64,000 nucleotides of DNA, taken from contig JAHRHZ010000012.1 in the NCBI GenBank assembly GCA_024137785.1, positions 56,852,066 through 56,916,065 on the forward strand, read 5' to 3'. Numbering within the stretch: the first letter of the stretch is position 1; every line of letters starts with the position of its first letter. The translations under genes were made by a program, and so were the position numbers. The notes under the pieces are model-generated. The model made no database searches. It was not told the origin of the DNA and worked only from the letters and a program-made list of their open reading frames with translations. Below are positions 51,087-63,239 of the stretch, piece after piece. This DNA comes from Ginglymostoma cirratum. Lineage: Eukaryota.

Positions 51087-51434
51087 GTGGTTCAGTGGTT
51101 ATCACTGCTGCATTTCAGCACCAGGGACCTGGGTTTGAATCCACCCTTAGGTGACCATCTGCGTGGAGTTTGCACATTCTCCCTGTGTCTATATGGGCTT
51201 CTGTTGGGTGCTCCAGTTTCCTCCCACAGTCCCAGGATGTGCAGGATAAATTTGGCCATGCTAAATTGTCCAAAGTGTCCTGTAATGTGTAGGCTACATG
51301 GGATAGCCATGGGAAATGAGAGATTATAGGGATAGGGTGAGGGGATGAGTTGGGGTGGGATGTTCTTTAGAGGATTGGTGCAAATTTGATGGGCTGAATG
51401 GCCTCTATCTATACTGTTGGGATTCTATTCTATG
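51087..51434 (+). mobile_element. HE1-like shark SINE
   Basis: same architecture as 4234 and 12821 copies, more diverged. Confidence 0.85.
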
Positions 51435-52415
51435 CATAACATCCGGATGCATACAAAAGGACGATGGAAATCTCAACACACATTCAAACTGTTGAGATTC
51501 AATACCTTGGTTGTATCCCACTGTCTGAAAGTTAATTTCTGGTCTCCCAAAATTCATTTTTCTCACCTGTCAAGGTACCTGCTTCCCAGAGTGAAACATA
51601 ATTCTGCCCATTAACTCTTCTCCTCTCCAGATTGATCTAGTGAGCAGTCCCTTCATTTTCTTTTCTTATTTCATACTTCACAGAAATGTGCTCTTGAAAT
51701 ATCATACATTAGAATTTTATTTGTTTCAGCAAAGACTGTGTTTGTTAAGATGGACACAATCATTTTTTTCACTGTGACAGTAATAAATACACTTACGTCA
51801 AGCATAGCACAATCAGAGTTAACTCCTTTTAATTTGCCTTAATTATGTGCCTTTCCCACTGCCTTTAACTGCATTGAAGCATTATTCATGAAATTAATTT
51901 TGTACTGAGTGCAAGTTTTTATTTATTTCCTTTATATATTTGCATTTGGTGCTAAATATGTATTAATAATTCATTAATAACATCAACTAAAAGAAAATAT
52001 GTCCTATCATTGCATTGCCATCAATTTATTAATTAATCATTAATCATTTTTAAGCTTGCCATGTGCCTTAAGACTTTTAATTATTAATTAGCCCTTTTAA
52101 AAGTATTTTAGTGTTTGTTACGTGGTAGCTATCAAACCTCCCGCCAATAAATTGCATGAGCCATCCTAAGTAATATTATGAAGTGGATAAGAGGGGCTGA
52201 AGGAGGAGGTTTAGCATGTGTATTGCTGGCCTGTAGACAGGGAGGGAGAATTACTGTCTTAAATAATTTCTTATGTTGTTTACATATATTAGGTTGACTA
52301 CCAAAGATTAACTTAAAAGCTGAAGGCAAAAAAAAATTGAAAAGTCCGAAGAAATATTGAAAATGATTAATCAAACTACAAGTAATTCAGAAACAGCAAC
52401 TGTCTACCAACCTAA

Positions 52416-52538
52416 GAGCAAATTACTGTAGATGCTGGAATCTGTACTGAAAACAAAAAGTGCAGGAGATCAAAGCGGGTCAGGCAGTATCTGTGGAGAG
52501 AGAGTAAGCTAACGTTTCAACAATTCTTCATCAGAACG
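52416..52538 (-). mobile_element. Penelope-like repeat (subfamily C) with hammerhead core
   Basis: minus strand gtt-ctgatga-agaattgtt-gaaacgtt-agc; acctaa at 52410-52415 and 52539-52544. Confidence 0.7.
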
Positions 52539-53039
52539 ACCTAATTAGGTATCTTTACAGGAAATATTAACTAACAAAAAATATATGTGGTTGACTATGT
52601 AGCCATGTTGGCCTTCCTTCAAATCAGCACATTCAGAAGATCAAGCCTTGACATATATAAAAACAGTTACTAATCCAGTACAAGAACATGTGATAATATC
52701 AATGCTAGCTACTAGGCACCATTAGCCATCACTTGTTGCCAGTGATCTACTGCTGCTGCTGTCTATGCTTCTACGTCTTGTAGATCAGTGCCCATTTTTC
52801 AACTGAGAGTTGAGAATTGAAAGGTTCAATATGGCACGCAATATGCACACCATCATTTCATCATGTGAAATTTAAACATGAAATTATAGCTTTTAAAACA
52901 ATGTATGATCTCTCTTCATGCCTCATGGACACGATATTTTCCTTAATAGTGGACTATTTTGAGTTGCCAAAGCATTCTACACCTCATGGGACAACAAAGA
53001 CTTAGAAATACAGAGTGATTGAATTAATCTACAGAATGA

Positions 53040-53395
53040 GACTTCAAACTTTTCATGGCAGTTTGAGAGTTTGAATTCAGTTTTAAATTTTTAGAAATAT
53101 TATCTGATATCATTAATACTGACCACAAAATTGTTGGATTGTCATAAAGACCCAACTGTCTCACTTACATTCTTGACATCAAACTTGCCATCTTTACCTG
53201 ACCTAGAACATTTGAAATTCCAGTGATACACCAGTGTGAGTTACTCCAAAATGCCTCCTGAACTGGCTGAGATAGCCATTCAGTTCTCTCAGGCCACTCC
53301 CAGTGTCCCACTACTACTTTTTCATGGGCAAATAGGAATGGGGAATAAATGTCAACCTTGCCCTCTCCAGCCACATCTGCAAATGAATAAATAAA
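53040..53395 (+). mobile_element. SINE family S2 (diverged)
   Basis: tttgaattcag...ggattgtcataaagacccaactg...cttgccatctttacctgacct...gggcaaataggaatggggaataaatg. Confidence 0.6.
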
Positions 53396-55696
53396 AATAT
53401 CCTGGATAATTGCTGTTGTGAAAATTTAAAATAAGAATAATCACCATTTTCTAAAATTAATGTCAAGCACAGTAAATGTGCCACGTAAATGTTTGATAAT
53501 GATGCACTAAGATACTGATGTGTATCATGAATTTAAAACTTAAAGGTTAAGCTTTATTAATCTGTTAGTTACTTGGAACAATTCAGGCAGAAATTAATCA
53601 TCAACTGTGATATAATTTCAAATAAGGTCGTTAGCTCTCAAGAGTTTTCCGGTAGACCATCTATAATAAAGCAATTTTTTTTAATACACTTCAATGGCTC
53701 TGCTTTATGTTGCAGAGGAGAAAATATGTGACAGGTAATTTCACAGTTTAAAAACATTGGTTCCTCATTAAACAACAATATTTTTATGGGACTACATTTT
53801 AAAATATACAAAAGATTCAGGATACCAGAGGGAATGTTTGTTTTACATTTGATTAATGATTAACATTATGACAATGCTAGAGCTGAATTTGTTCAAACTT
53901 GCTGTTATCTGCATTGCCGTTATACAGTTTCTTATTTGTCACATGTTGAAGTAAGTGTTAAATGTTTAGTAAAAACCTGGAAAATATAAGGACACAATTG
54001 TTGTGGCGCTTAGTGAAGACTTTCAGGTATAGTTTCTCTGCTTGCTTTCAGTATATTTAAACCAGTGGTATGCTTCATTAGCGGTTATGTTTTATGAGCT
54101 AGTCTGCCTTTCCTCACTTGTACGATTAGTAAACGTAATCATGCAGTAATTATTATAAGTCAAATTCAATACTTTACTGAACCATAGGTAATATTGAAAC
54201 CTACTCACAGATAAATTGAAAATTTAATTTTCTTTGGCACTGACCTCCTGGATCCTTAATTAGTGAATAAAGCAAGAAAGAATTGTTAATTAGTTAATCT
54301 GAACAGTTAGTTAATTGATTCTTTGGTAAGAATTTAAAGAACATTTTCCAAGGTAGTTAGAATTCTAAAATGATTCTAAATCATAGATGTAAATTACACA
54401 TGAGTGCGTGCTGTGTAGAGATGTGTTTTGAATTTGCATTTGTAGAGCTGGAATTTCCTCAGAGCTACTTCAACCCTACCACAATAATGTTTCTGGGAGT
54501 TTGGCAGGAACTCAATTGACATGCATATACAGAGTTTCCCAGTACTTCCAGTGAACTTACACAGGCAGAATAGTCGCAACTTCCGAGAAATTCTGGAAAT
54601 GTCATGGGAAAGTGCAATGTCCTTCGTGTAGGACCACAAACATTGGCAAAAAAAAGTCTGGAATGAGGCAAACCAGAAACTAGTGCTTAGTTTATACTAT
54701 GTAAGTTTTTAAAACCTAGACACTATAGGAGTTGAGAAATTGCTGGCTGGAAATTTGAATCTGAGAGTACCAGAAGGACTGATCTTGTGTCACTATAACT
54801 TCACACAGGATGATCAGTTAATGTGACACTCACTTTGCAGTTTTAGTTCATCTGGTCTATGCAATAAACTTTGAAAAGATCAAGCATCAGATAGAAAATA
54901 GGTATCATTAGAGTTATTTGAAGGGTCAGGCATCCAACCAGCAGGTTAAAGCATTTTGGAAGCTCTCCTACAGTAAAAAAAAATCTTAAAGAAACACTTC
55001 ATGGTACTAGAGGCCTTGTGCTGAGTCCCTGGGAAGGCAGAGGAGTTGGTTACCTATCCTTACAAAAACTTCAACGTAATATGATGAGGAATCCTCAAGC
55101 AAGTTAGAGCCATACTCTGCCATGCTCCTTTACAGTGACAGGCTGACAAATACTTTCAGCATCTGAGTGAGTGTGCCTATCAGCACCTTCCTGCAAGCTT
55201 CTCCATCAAGCTCCTCATCTGAGTTCCGTGCAGAACCTGCCTGCAAGTGTATCTTGCTGTGAACATTACACCTGATGTCCCTGCAACCCACATGCCTACT
55301 TACTGCTCTAGCGTTCGTGCAGTGGCATTGCCTGAGCTGGTAGTTACAAGTCAGATCAAGTCATGAGACATTACATCAGTACTCTTCCTGGGCCTTCTGA
55401 AAGCAGAAAATTGGGAAGGGAATGTGAGGTTGAGGGAACTGAGGTTGAAGTGAGAGTAAAAAGTTCAAGATCATACCATCTGCTGGTTGGGCTTCATACC
55501 AGATAACAAGATGAAGGTGTTCTAGGAGGTGAGAAGGGTCATAATCAGGTACTGAGTACTACAGAATCTGTTACAGCCAGACCATGATGCTAGGAACTAG
55601 GCTCTTCGACAAAGTCAGGAGACGCAGGTGCCCTTGTCCTGCTCTGTTCCCTTCTATAATATACCACCTTGTCTTGTCAGAGAGAGCAAGGGGGGT

Positions 55697-55793
55697 CCGA
55701 AGAAGAGTCACTAGACTTGAAATGTTAACTCTGCTTTTTTCTCCACAGATGCTCCCAGACTGGTTGAATTTCTCAGCAATTTCTGTGTTTGTG
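55697..55793 (+). mobile_element. subfamily B Penelope-like repeat, mutated core
   Basis: ccgaaga-a-gagtc-acta-gactt-gaaatgttaactctgc...ctccacagatgct. Confidence 0.7.
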
Positions 55794-55804
55794 TAAGAGA
55801 GAGA

Positions 55805-56378
55805 GAGCGGACCTGATGAATATGTATAAGATTATGAGGGGGCTAGACAGGATGGATAAAAAACAACTGTTCCCCTTAGTTGAGAGATAAAAGGTACTGC
55901 AGATGCTGGAGAATCAGAGATAACAAGGTGTGGGGCTGGATGAAAACAGCAGGCCAAGCAGCATCATAGGAGCAGGAAAGCTTGACGTTTCGGGCCTAGA
56001 CCCTTCAAGTTCCGCTTTCAAGCACTTACTCCTTAACCTTGAATATTATGACGCTTCAAATGCTCATCCACGTCCATTCTTTCAAAGGCCATAAGTGGGC
56101 ACACTTTTAGGGTGAAGGGTAGGAGATTTAAAGGGAGTCTGAGAAAAAAGACTTTGCATTCAGATAGTGATGGGAATCTGGAATATACTGCCTGAGAGGA
56201 TAGTTGAGGCAGGAAACCTCATGGCCTTTGAAAGAATGGACGTGGATGAGCCTTTGAAGCGTCAAAATATTCAAGGTTAAGGATTAAGTGCTTGAAAGTG
56301 GAATAAATGTTGCTGTTGAGTAGTTCTTTCAATGCAAACTTGATGGGCTGAAAGTCCACTTCTGCATTGTATGATTCT
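55805..56378 (+). mobile_element. CR1 3' end interrupted by a Penelope-like repeat and an inverted duplication
   Basis: tataagattatgagggggctagacagg...ctgttccccttagt resumes at about 56096 (gggcacacttttagggtgaagggtaggagatt) and ends gattctag. Confidence 0.75.
55882..56006 (-). mobile_element. subfamily A Penelope-like repeat, truncated inside the core
   Basis: ctgcagatgctggagaatcagagataacaagg...gacgtttcgggcctagacccttc. Confidence 0.85.
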
Positions 56379-56990
56379 AGGATTTGACAAGGTAATATGT
56401 CAAAGGTTATTGTGAAAAATAAAGGCTCATGGTGTAGGGGGTAATGTATTGGCACGGATAGAAGATTTGCTGGCTATCAGGAAGCAGAGAGTCGAACGAA
56501 ATGGGTTTTTGATTGGCTGGCAAGATGACCCAGGTGGTGCGTCATAGGGCTCAGTGCTGGGGCCTCACATCTTTACAATTTATCCAAATGATTTTGATGA
56601 AAGGATCAAAGATAGATAAATTTGCAGATGATATAAGGATAGATAGTAAAGTGAGATATGAAGAGGACATTGAGAGCTTTCAAAGGTATGTTGATAGGTA
56701 AAGTGATTGAGCAAATATGTGGGGAATTGATACAAAGTGGCAAAGTGTTGAATTGTCCATTTTGGCAGAAAAAATAATAAAGGGGAATACTATCTAAATA
56801 TTGAGAGGATGCAGAGTGGTCTTAGTTTCCTACTACAATAATTGCAAAAGGTTAGTGAGCAAGTACAGCAAGTAATCAGGAAAGTTAATAGAATGTTATG
56901 GTTTATTGTGAAGGGAATTGAATGAAAGGGTACGGAGGTTATATTTCAATTATACAAAGCATTGGTGAAACTGCATCAGGAGTGCTGATC
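56379..56990 (+). mobile_element. CR1 reverse-transcriptase fragment
   Basis: FDKV...KIKAHGVGGNVLARIED, gggctcagtgctggggcc (GSVLG), KFADD. Confidence 0.85.
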
Positions 56991-58189
56991 ACTGCACAAG
57001 CATCCTTCAAAATTCCCTTGAAGAATAATTATTGCCCAAAAGGAAAATAACTAAATTAAAAGTGCTGTTGTTTCTTGTGTATAGTCACCCTTAGAACATG
57101 TTTGGCAAGGTCACCATTTATTACCCAACTTGTATTGCCCTCCTGAAGTTGTAGAAAACCTACTTATCTTTATTGCAAGTATAAGAATTGAAGCAGACCA
57201 TTGTAACAGGAGTAGGTGACAAGGTGGCTGATGTTTGGGATTGTGTCGTCGGAGGCTATTATCAAAGCCTCCACAATTTGAAATGATAGAGAAGTCACCA
57301 AAAGTAAAATAACCTATATTTAACAGTGTAATTACCCAGAGAGATCATAAGATTTTATAAATAAGATTGGGCAGAAATATGCACTGCTGCCACAATTTCT
57401 GTTGAGAAATCGATTTGAGTTTTTTGGCCAATTGGACAGTGTTAATAGAGTTCCTTAGCTTTCATCTAGAAAACTGACTGTGCCACAATATGGAGGCTTT
57501 ATTGATATCTTATATAATTTGTTCTGCATGCTAATAAAATGGAAATTATAGCAACTTATAGATAATATTTTTAAAATGACATTGCATTTGTAATTTATAA
57601 TTTACTTTTGTAGAATGATAGAGTTATACAGCACAGAAACAGAGCAACTCATCCTTTGTTGTAACATACTTGTATTGATATGTGCAATTGGGCAGAGAGA
57701 GGAAATTGCCTATCTTCATTAACCTTCTTCTTCTGTAATTTTTGTTTCTTACTCTCTTTTCAACATGTTGGTCTCCCTTCCAAAGCTAATAGGCACTCCA
57801 TACCACATGTGTGAGGCCCAGCCAAGGGTGCTTCGTGAGTAGTCAGGGTTGAGGGGATGATGAAGGATGTTCGGTTGGTCATTGTTTTCTATTATCTAAA
57901 AGGTTCTCAGTGCGCATCAAACTTGCTGCACCATGTGATCCCTTTGAAACTGACATGAACAATAATTTTAAAAGCAACTTTGCTTATGTGTAGCTTGTTT
58001 ATTTCCTGCACGGCGCATTCCTGATTGCAGAATAACTACCTGTTCCTACAAAATTAGCAAGAATATTAAGAATGTGTCCTTGGATTTGGAAGCCCTTCTG
58101 GTGATAGCTTTGCACAAAGTATTCCTTGCCTCCCTCTAGCTTTAGAATTAAACCCAGAGATCTGAGACATGTGACCATATTATGAACTT

Positions 58190-58262
58190 ACAAAGGATAT
58201 TTGAGCTTAACCCCTTCAGCATGTGACTCAGAGACAAGAATGCTACCACCAAGCCAAGGCAA
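58190..58262 (-). mobile_element. tRNA-derived SINE head
   Basis: minus strand gccttggcttggtggtagcattcttgtctctgagtca, A-box-like. Confidence 0.45.
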
Positions 58263-59989
58263 TGTGTTCTGATTATAACATCAGACGTTTACATTAGAAT
58301 TCCCATGCCTGAGTTTAGATGAGTTAAAATGTGAGGTGTGGTCATCACCCACAATGCTGGGCCCAAATGGGATTGTGAAGATAGGAGATTTCATGGAGGC
58401 CCCGATGGCTGTCTGCATTAAAGCTATATCTTGAAAAAAAATGAAAACCAGTAGGTCCATAGGGGAAATCCCATTCACTGGAATATATACAGTTGGAGCT
58501 GGGGCTTTACATACTCACATCCATAACATTGAGGCATGGAGCCTCCAGCTCTGATATTTTCCTGTCCTGCCACCAGGGGACCACCTTCATTAAGCTGCCA
58601 GCCTCCACATAGAGTAGAACATGATCAGCGAGAGGGCTTGGCAAAATATTGGCAGCAGCACAAACTGGCCACTAAGTGGGATTTAATTGCATGAATTGAT
58701 TGCCCGCTTACTTAGAGAGGTCAGCTAACTTATTCCCTGTCTGCATCATGGGAGCAAAACTGCATCAAGAAACCATCCTGAAGTAACTTCCCCTTTTTTC
58801 TTCCTTGATACACTGCCCCCTCACCTCCTCCCTGAAGACGTACCATCCCCAACCCCAAATGAGAAGTTTAGCACTGACACTTTCTGCTCAGCATCTCCTT
58901 AGATCAATGTAAATGCATTTGTAAGTTGAACAGAGTAGGAGATCAAAACATTCTTATTGTGATAAGCAGGCCTTCCAAATCATATGTTGCCATGACATCT
59001 CAGATTTGCTGCATAGTATTATTTATTTTCAGTTTCTTATGAAGGAACCATTGTGAGTGCTTCAGAAGAACATTTTCAGGCTGTTTACATCATTGTTTTG
59101 CAGACATTCAGTTCAATTCTACATTGTCATTCCCATCTTGATCCCATATCATTACTAAAGATTTTTGAGTAGTTTCTAGACTGTTGCCTGCTTTCTGAAA
59201 GCATAAAAAATCAAATAAAATATTACTTGTAAGGACAATTGCCTGCTCATGGCTTGCATTATCAAATCTCTCATGAACGTAGCAGAAACTGATTTAATAA
59301 CTTATTTATGGCATGTCTTCTGCATTGAGGCAGCTGGGAAACAATTTTTGTTTTTAAATATCAATATGTTATTATTTCCAATCCTTTTAAAAATTTAAAA
59401 TACTTTATTACATGCGATATAATAAACATATTGCAATGGACTGCAGCAGTGGTTAGCAATGGTGGTGAAAGGCACTGAGCAAGGAAACTGAATGGTTCTC
59501 TGGGATCTCTACCAGCAGATGGTGACAATGAGGAAGGATAGTTGAACCAGTTGAATGGCCTCTCACTGGGGTAAAAAAGAGTATCTTTTGTAGAGAGAGT
59601 GTTAATGGGAAGGGGAAATGGATGGACAAAAAAGTTCTTCAGCCCGAAGTAACCAGCATGGTCATTTCATGTACACAGTACAAATAATTCCTTTGCATAT
59701 CCTAATTTCTCTTCCCACTGTGCCAGTGGATTAAAGAATCCCTGCTTCATGATCTTTAATCCATCTGTGTATTCAAATTTCATGTTATATTTCAAACCAT
59801 ATTATACAATTGTCCCAAGATATGCATCACCAAAGTGCCTGACCTCCTTAACTACTCAATGTGTGCATATCTACTCCTACCTTCACAGAGTTGCAAATTA
59901 TGTCCATAACTTTCAAAAATCTAATAGGCATAGCTTTTGTTTCACAAGACTGCTTATAGTCTTTTTCCACTTTTCGACTGATAAATCAG

Positions 59990-60300
59990 GGATCAACAGA
60001 TACGGCGAAGCTGTTCCTGCTTTTAAACAAAATAAGAAGTCACAGATTTAAACTGATGTGCAAACAAAGCAGAGGTAATGTGAGAAAATACTTTTCCTTT
60101 GTCAGAATATGGAATGTTTAGGCAAGAAATGTGGTGAAGGCAGGTTCAAGTAAACCATTAAAGATGATATTGGATTTTAGTTTGGATACAAGTTGTATCC
60201 AGAGATATGGAAACAGCAGAAGATTGGCATTAGATAATAAAGCTGAACCAAATAATACAATTTGGCCTCCTTCTGCACAATAACATACTGTGCACCAGTC
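59990..60300 (+). mobile_element. CR1 3' end (diverged)
   Basis: gaagctgttcc...gtcacagatttaaa...gtggtgaaggcaggttcaa...tggcctccttctgcac. Confidence 0.6.
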
Positions 60301-60834
60301 TTGAGCATTTGCCTTGTTCACCAAAGAATGATTCCATTAAAATCAGTTTTGCTACACAAACAGAACTACCTATGATATTATGACTGTAAGACCAGTGCTG
60401 AAGGAAAAGATCCACATTCTTAGGTTAATGGGACAATTTCTGGAACATGGTATATCAATGTCAAAGGATGACATTCATCTGAATAAAATAGCAGATGTAT
60501 CCATGCAACAGTGGGAAGAGCTTAAAGTAACATGATAAACAGACGCATTAAATTTAATTGAGGTCAGAAAGCGAAAATAGGATTAATAACTGTTGAAACA
60601 GTGATAGAAAGCTGCACAAAAAAATCGTGGTGAGAAAATATTGTTGAAGATAAATGGAACAATATAACAAAGTGAGAGGTGAAAATAGGAAGGGCAAGGA
60701 TTGTTTAAGTAATGAAAAGGGTTCTGACAAATTGGAACAACAATTCCCATGTGAATGTACAAAATGTTCAAAGTAGTTAAGGGGTATAAGTAGTAATGTA
60801 AAACCATGACTTAAGTGCTGACAGGGTTAAGAAA

Positions 60835-60928
60835 TGAAGCACTGCAGATGCTGGAAAGCTGAAAGGAAGAAAACAGGAAATACAAGAAATGCTCAGCAGG
60901 TCAGACAGCTCCAATGTGGAGAGAAACA
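60835..60928 (-). mobile_element. degenerate Penelope-like repeat tail
   Basis: actgcagatgctggaaa...ctcagcaggtcagacagc...tgtggagagaaaca. Confidence 0.55.
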
Positions 60929-61282
60929 TGAAGCTCAAGCTACAGATGAAATTTTAAAAGTAAAATTTGTAAAGCTTTAAAATCAAAACTTCCAGATGAA
61001 AAGTTGCATTTATTAAAAAAATTTAAAACTGTCCAATCAAATGACGAGTTTGTAAGTCAATGCTTTAGCATCATACTGAATTATGCAACTGTTCTTTTGT
61101 CCTTATTTTTAAATGAATGAATGTAAACTGGTTGTGGGAGAGTTCTGTGCGCTATATTTCTCTCATGGTGCTGGAATGGAACAAGAAAGATACCCTAACT
61201 GAAGAACTGTATCCAGGATTTGAGAATGTGATGACAACATCAGAAGCTCGGTCAAGTCAAAACCAATTGGCTGGACATCGAG

Positions 61283-61422
61283 TCCATACTGATCCTCCAA
61301 AAAGCATCTCACCCAGACCCAACCCCCTACCCTGTCCCTATAAGCCCACATGTCCCATGGTTAGTCCAACTGACCTCCACATCCCTGGACACTATAGGCA
61401 ATTTACCATGGCCAACCCATCC
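61283..61422 (-). mobile_element. HE1-like SINE fragment
   Basis: catctcacccagaccc...catccctggacactataggcaatttaccatggccaacccatc. Confidence 0.75.
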
Positions 61423-63239
61423 ATATTTTTGAATCTTCCCTACAGAAATAAATCATAGTACTTGGCTTGCTTCTTTTATGAGCTAACTAGTCTTATAATT
61501 TCTTTTAATGAATTTGTCACAGGGGCGATAAAAACTAATGGCACACTCTTTATGCTTCATTCGGAACATGGATTATGTCTTGCCCTTCCCTTCACACCAA
61601 AGGCAGTAATGTTCCGGGTTGCAGATCCACAGTGTAGGCAGGTCTCTGGTATCTTCGTGTCCAGTAACTTCATGCATAAACCAGAATGGTGAGTGTTACT
61701 TGTATTAGATTATGTGGGTGGAAAAGGGTGGATGAGAAGCTGAACTTTAATGCACTTTCATCATTCCCTGGTGGACTGGATGAGAATACAGCCTTGCAAT
61801 AATCCTACAGTTTGCATTAAAATAAAGCAATTCCACTTTAGAGCTATATAAATGCTATATGATACATTTAATGTTACAGCATTGCTTAGTGAAAAATTTC
61901 TATGATATATGAATTAAGCATTGATCCTCCAAAAGTCTTCTGCACTGAATATGTTTGAGTTAGAAACAATCCTTAAATGCATGACCTGGCCAATTAAATA
62001 TATGAAAACATGATTTATTACATTGGTCATAGCACACACATTAAGAATGAATTGTATTTGATTAAAACCATTAAACCACATAATTAGCTTTAGAATGTAA
62101 ATTTGAATTAAATCTGAAATGTTTGGGTACATCTCGTATTCCTATTGGTATGATTTTCAGAAGTGTAAGTTTCTCGTTGTTGACTGTATGTTGTACAGCA
62201 AAATGGATACTTTGACTGGAACGGTTATAATTCATTAATATCTGTGAAACTTTTCATCATCTCTGCCAAATGATTCTGCTGTTTGCAAAACTTCTTGAAT
62301 TACAGTTGATAATCTAAACCGAAGCATTTGCACTTCTGTGCAGAATGGTGTCTGAACAACGAGTGCTATGGTGAGATTTGTGGCAGAATTGAATGAGAAA
62401 TCCGATGAGGCCCATCTTGATGTTGGGAGCATCTTGCTCCATCCTTTATGCTTCTGATAAGTGGCTTGGTGTGTTTCTCTGTAGGCAGTGGCGAGTTGCC
62501 AATTTGAGGGGAATTATTGCTTGCTAAACACCTTGTTAATGGCTCCATTAACATTCAGCTTCCTATCTTACCAATCATGGAAAACAAGCTTGATGTCGAG
62601 AAAACACGACATGGACTCAGAGCTTGGTGAATTCAGCCTGCTGCTTGATCTGAAAGACCTCCATTTTGGAAACCAGGCATCGCATCTCAGGGCACACTCC
62701 AGGTCCTGACACACCCCAAGTCCACAGTCATTGGGAGCCAATGTGTGTCAGTCTCAGAATTCTCAACGCAAATCTCTGAAGCAGTTACAGGATGCTTCTG
62801 CATCTTGGGCTGCCCCGCAACTATCAAGGGCACTTTGTGCTCAGAGACACATACTCAGTTCATGGATGACACCAGGATGCATCCCCTGCCTGGTCATTTG
62901 CTCTCTCAGCACTCACTTGCCCGAAGCCTAATGGAATGCTCAGAGTTTGCACTTTTTGGACTTTGGACAATCAGCCAGCAATACTATTGCTTATATCTTG
63001 CCTGCCATTTAGCACAGAAACAAATGGCTGGATCTTCAGTTTGTTTGGATGTCCAAGTTGTGTTGAGTTTTTTTGGAGGGTTTCCTGCCACAAGGCCTAG
63101 CAGGTTTTCTCCCTATATCTTAGCAAAAGCACCACAATAACTATTAATCCCACCCAATGGCATCTCTCACATCTGATCCCAGCCCCATCTTACCATGCTT
63201 TTCCCAGGACAGCTCACCACTGAGCTCATATCTGCTAAA

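Noticed and set aside
51798-51870. Minus-strand exon ending at a GTAAGT donor
   Set aside because: Stops in all frames from the nearby acceptors; kept only as part of the possible conserved element
53716-53734. 19-nt plus-strand microexon (tgcAG...cagGTaatt)
   Set aside because: Not a multiple of three and weak pyrimidine tract
59511-59526. CTCF-like motif accagcagatggtgac
   Set aside because: A single imperfect match is expected by chance in 64 kb
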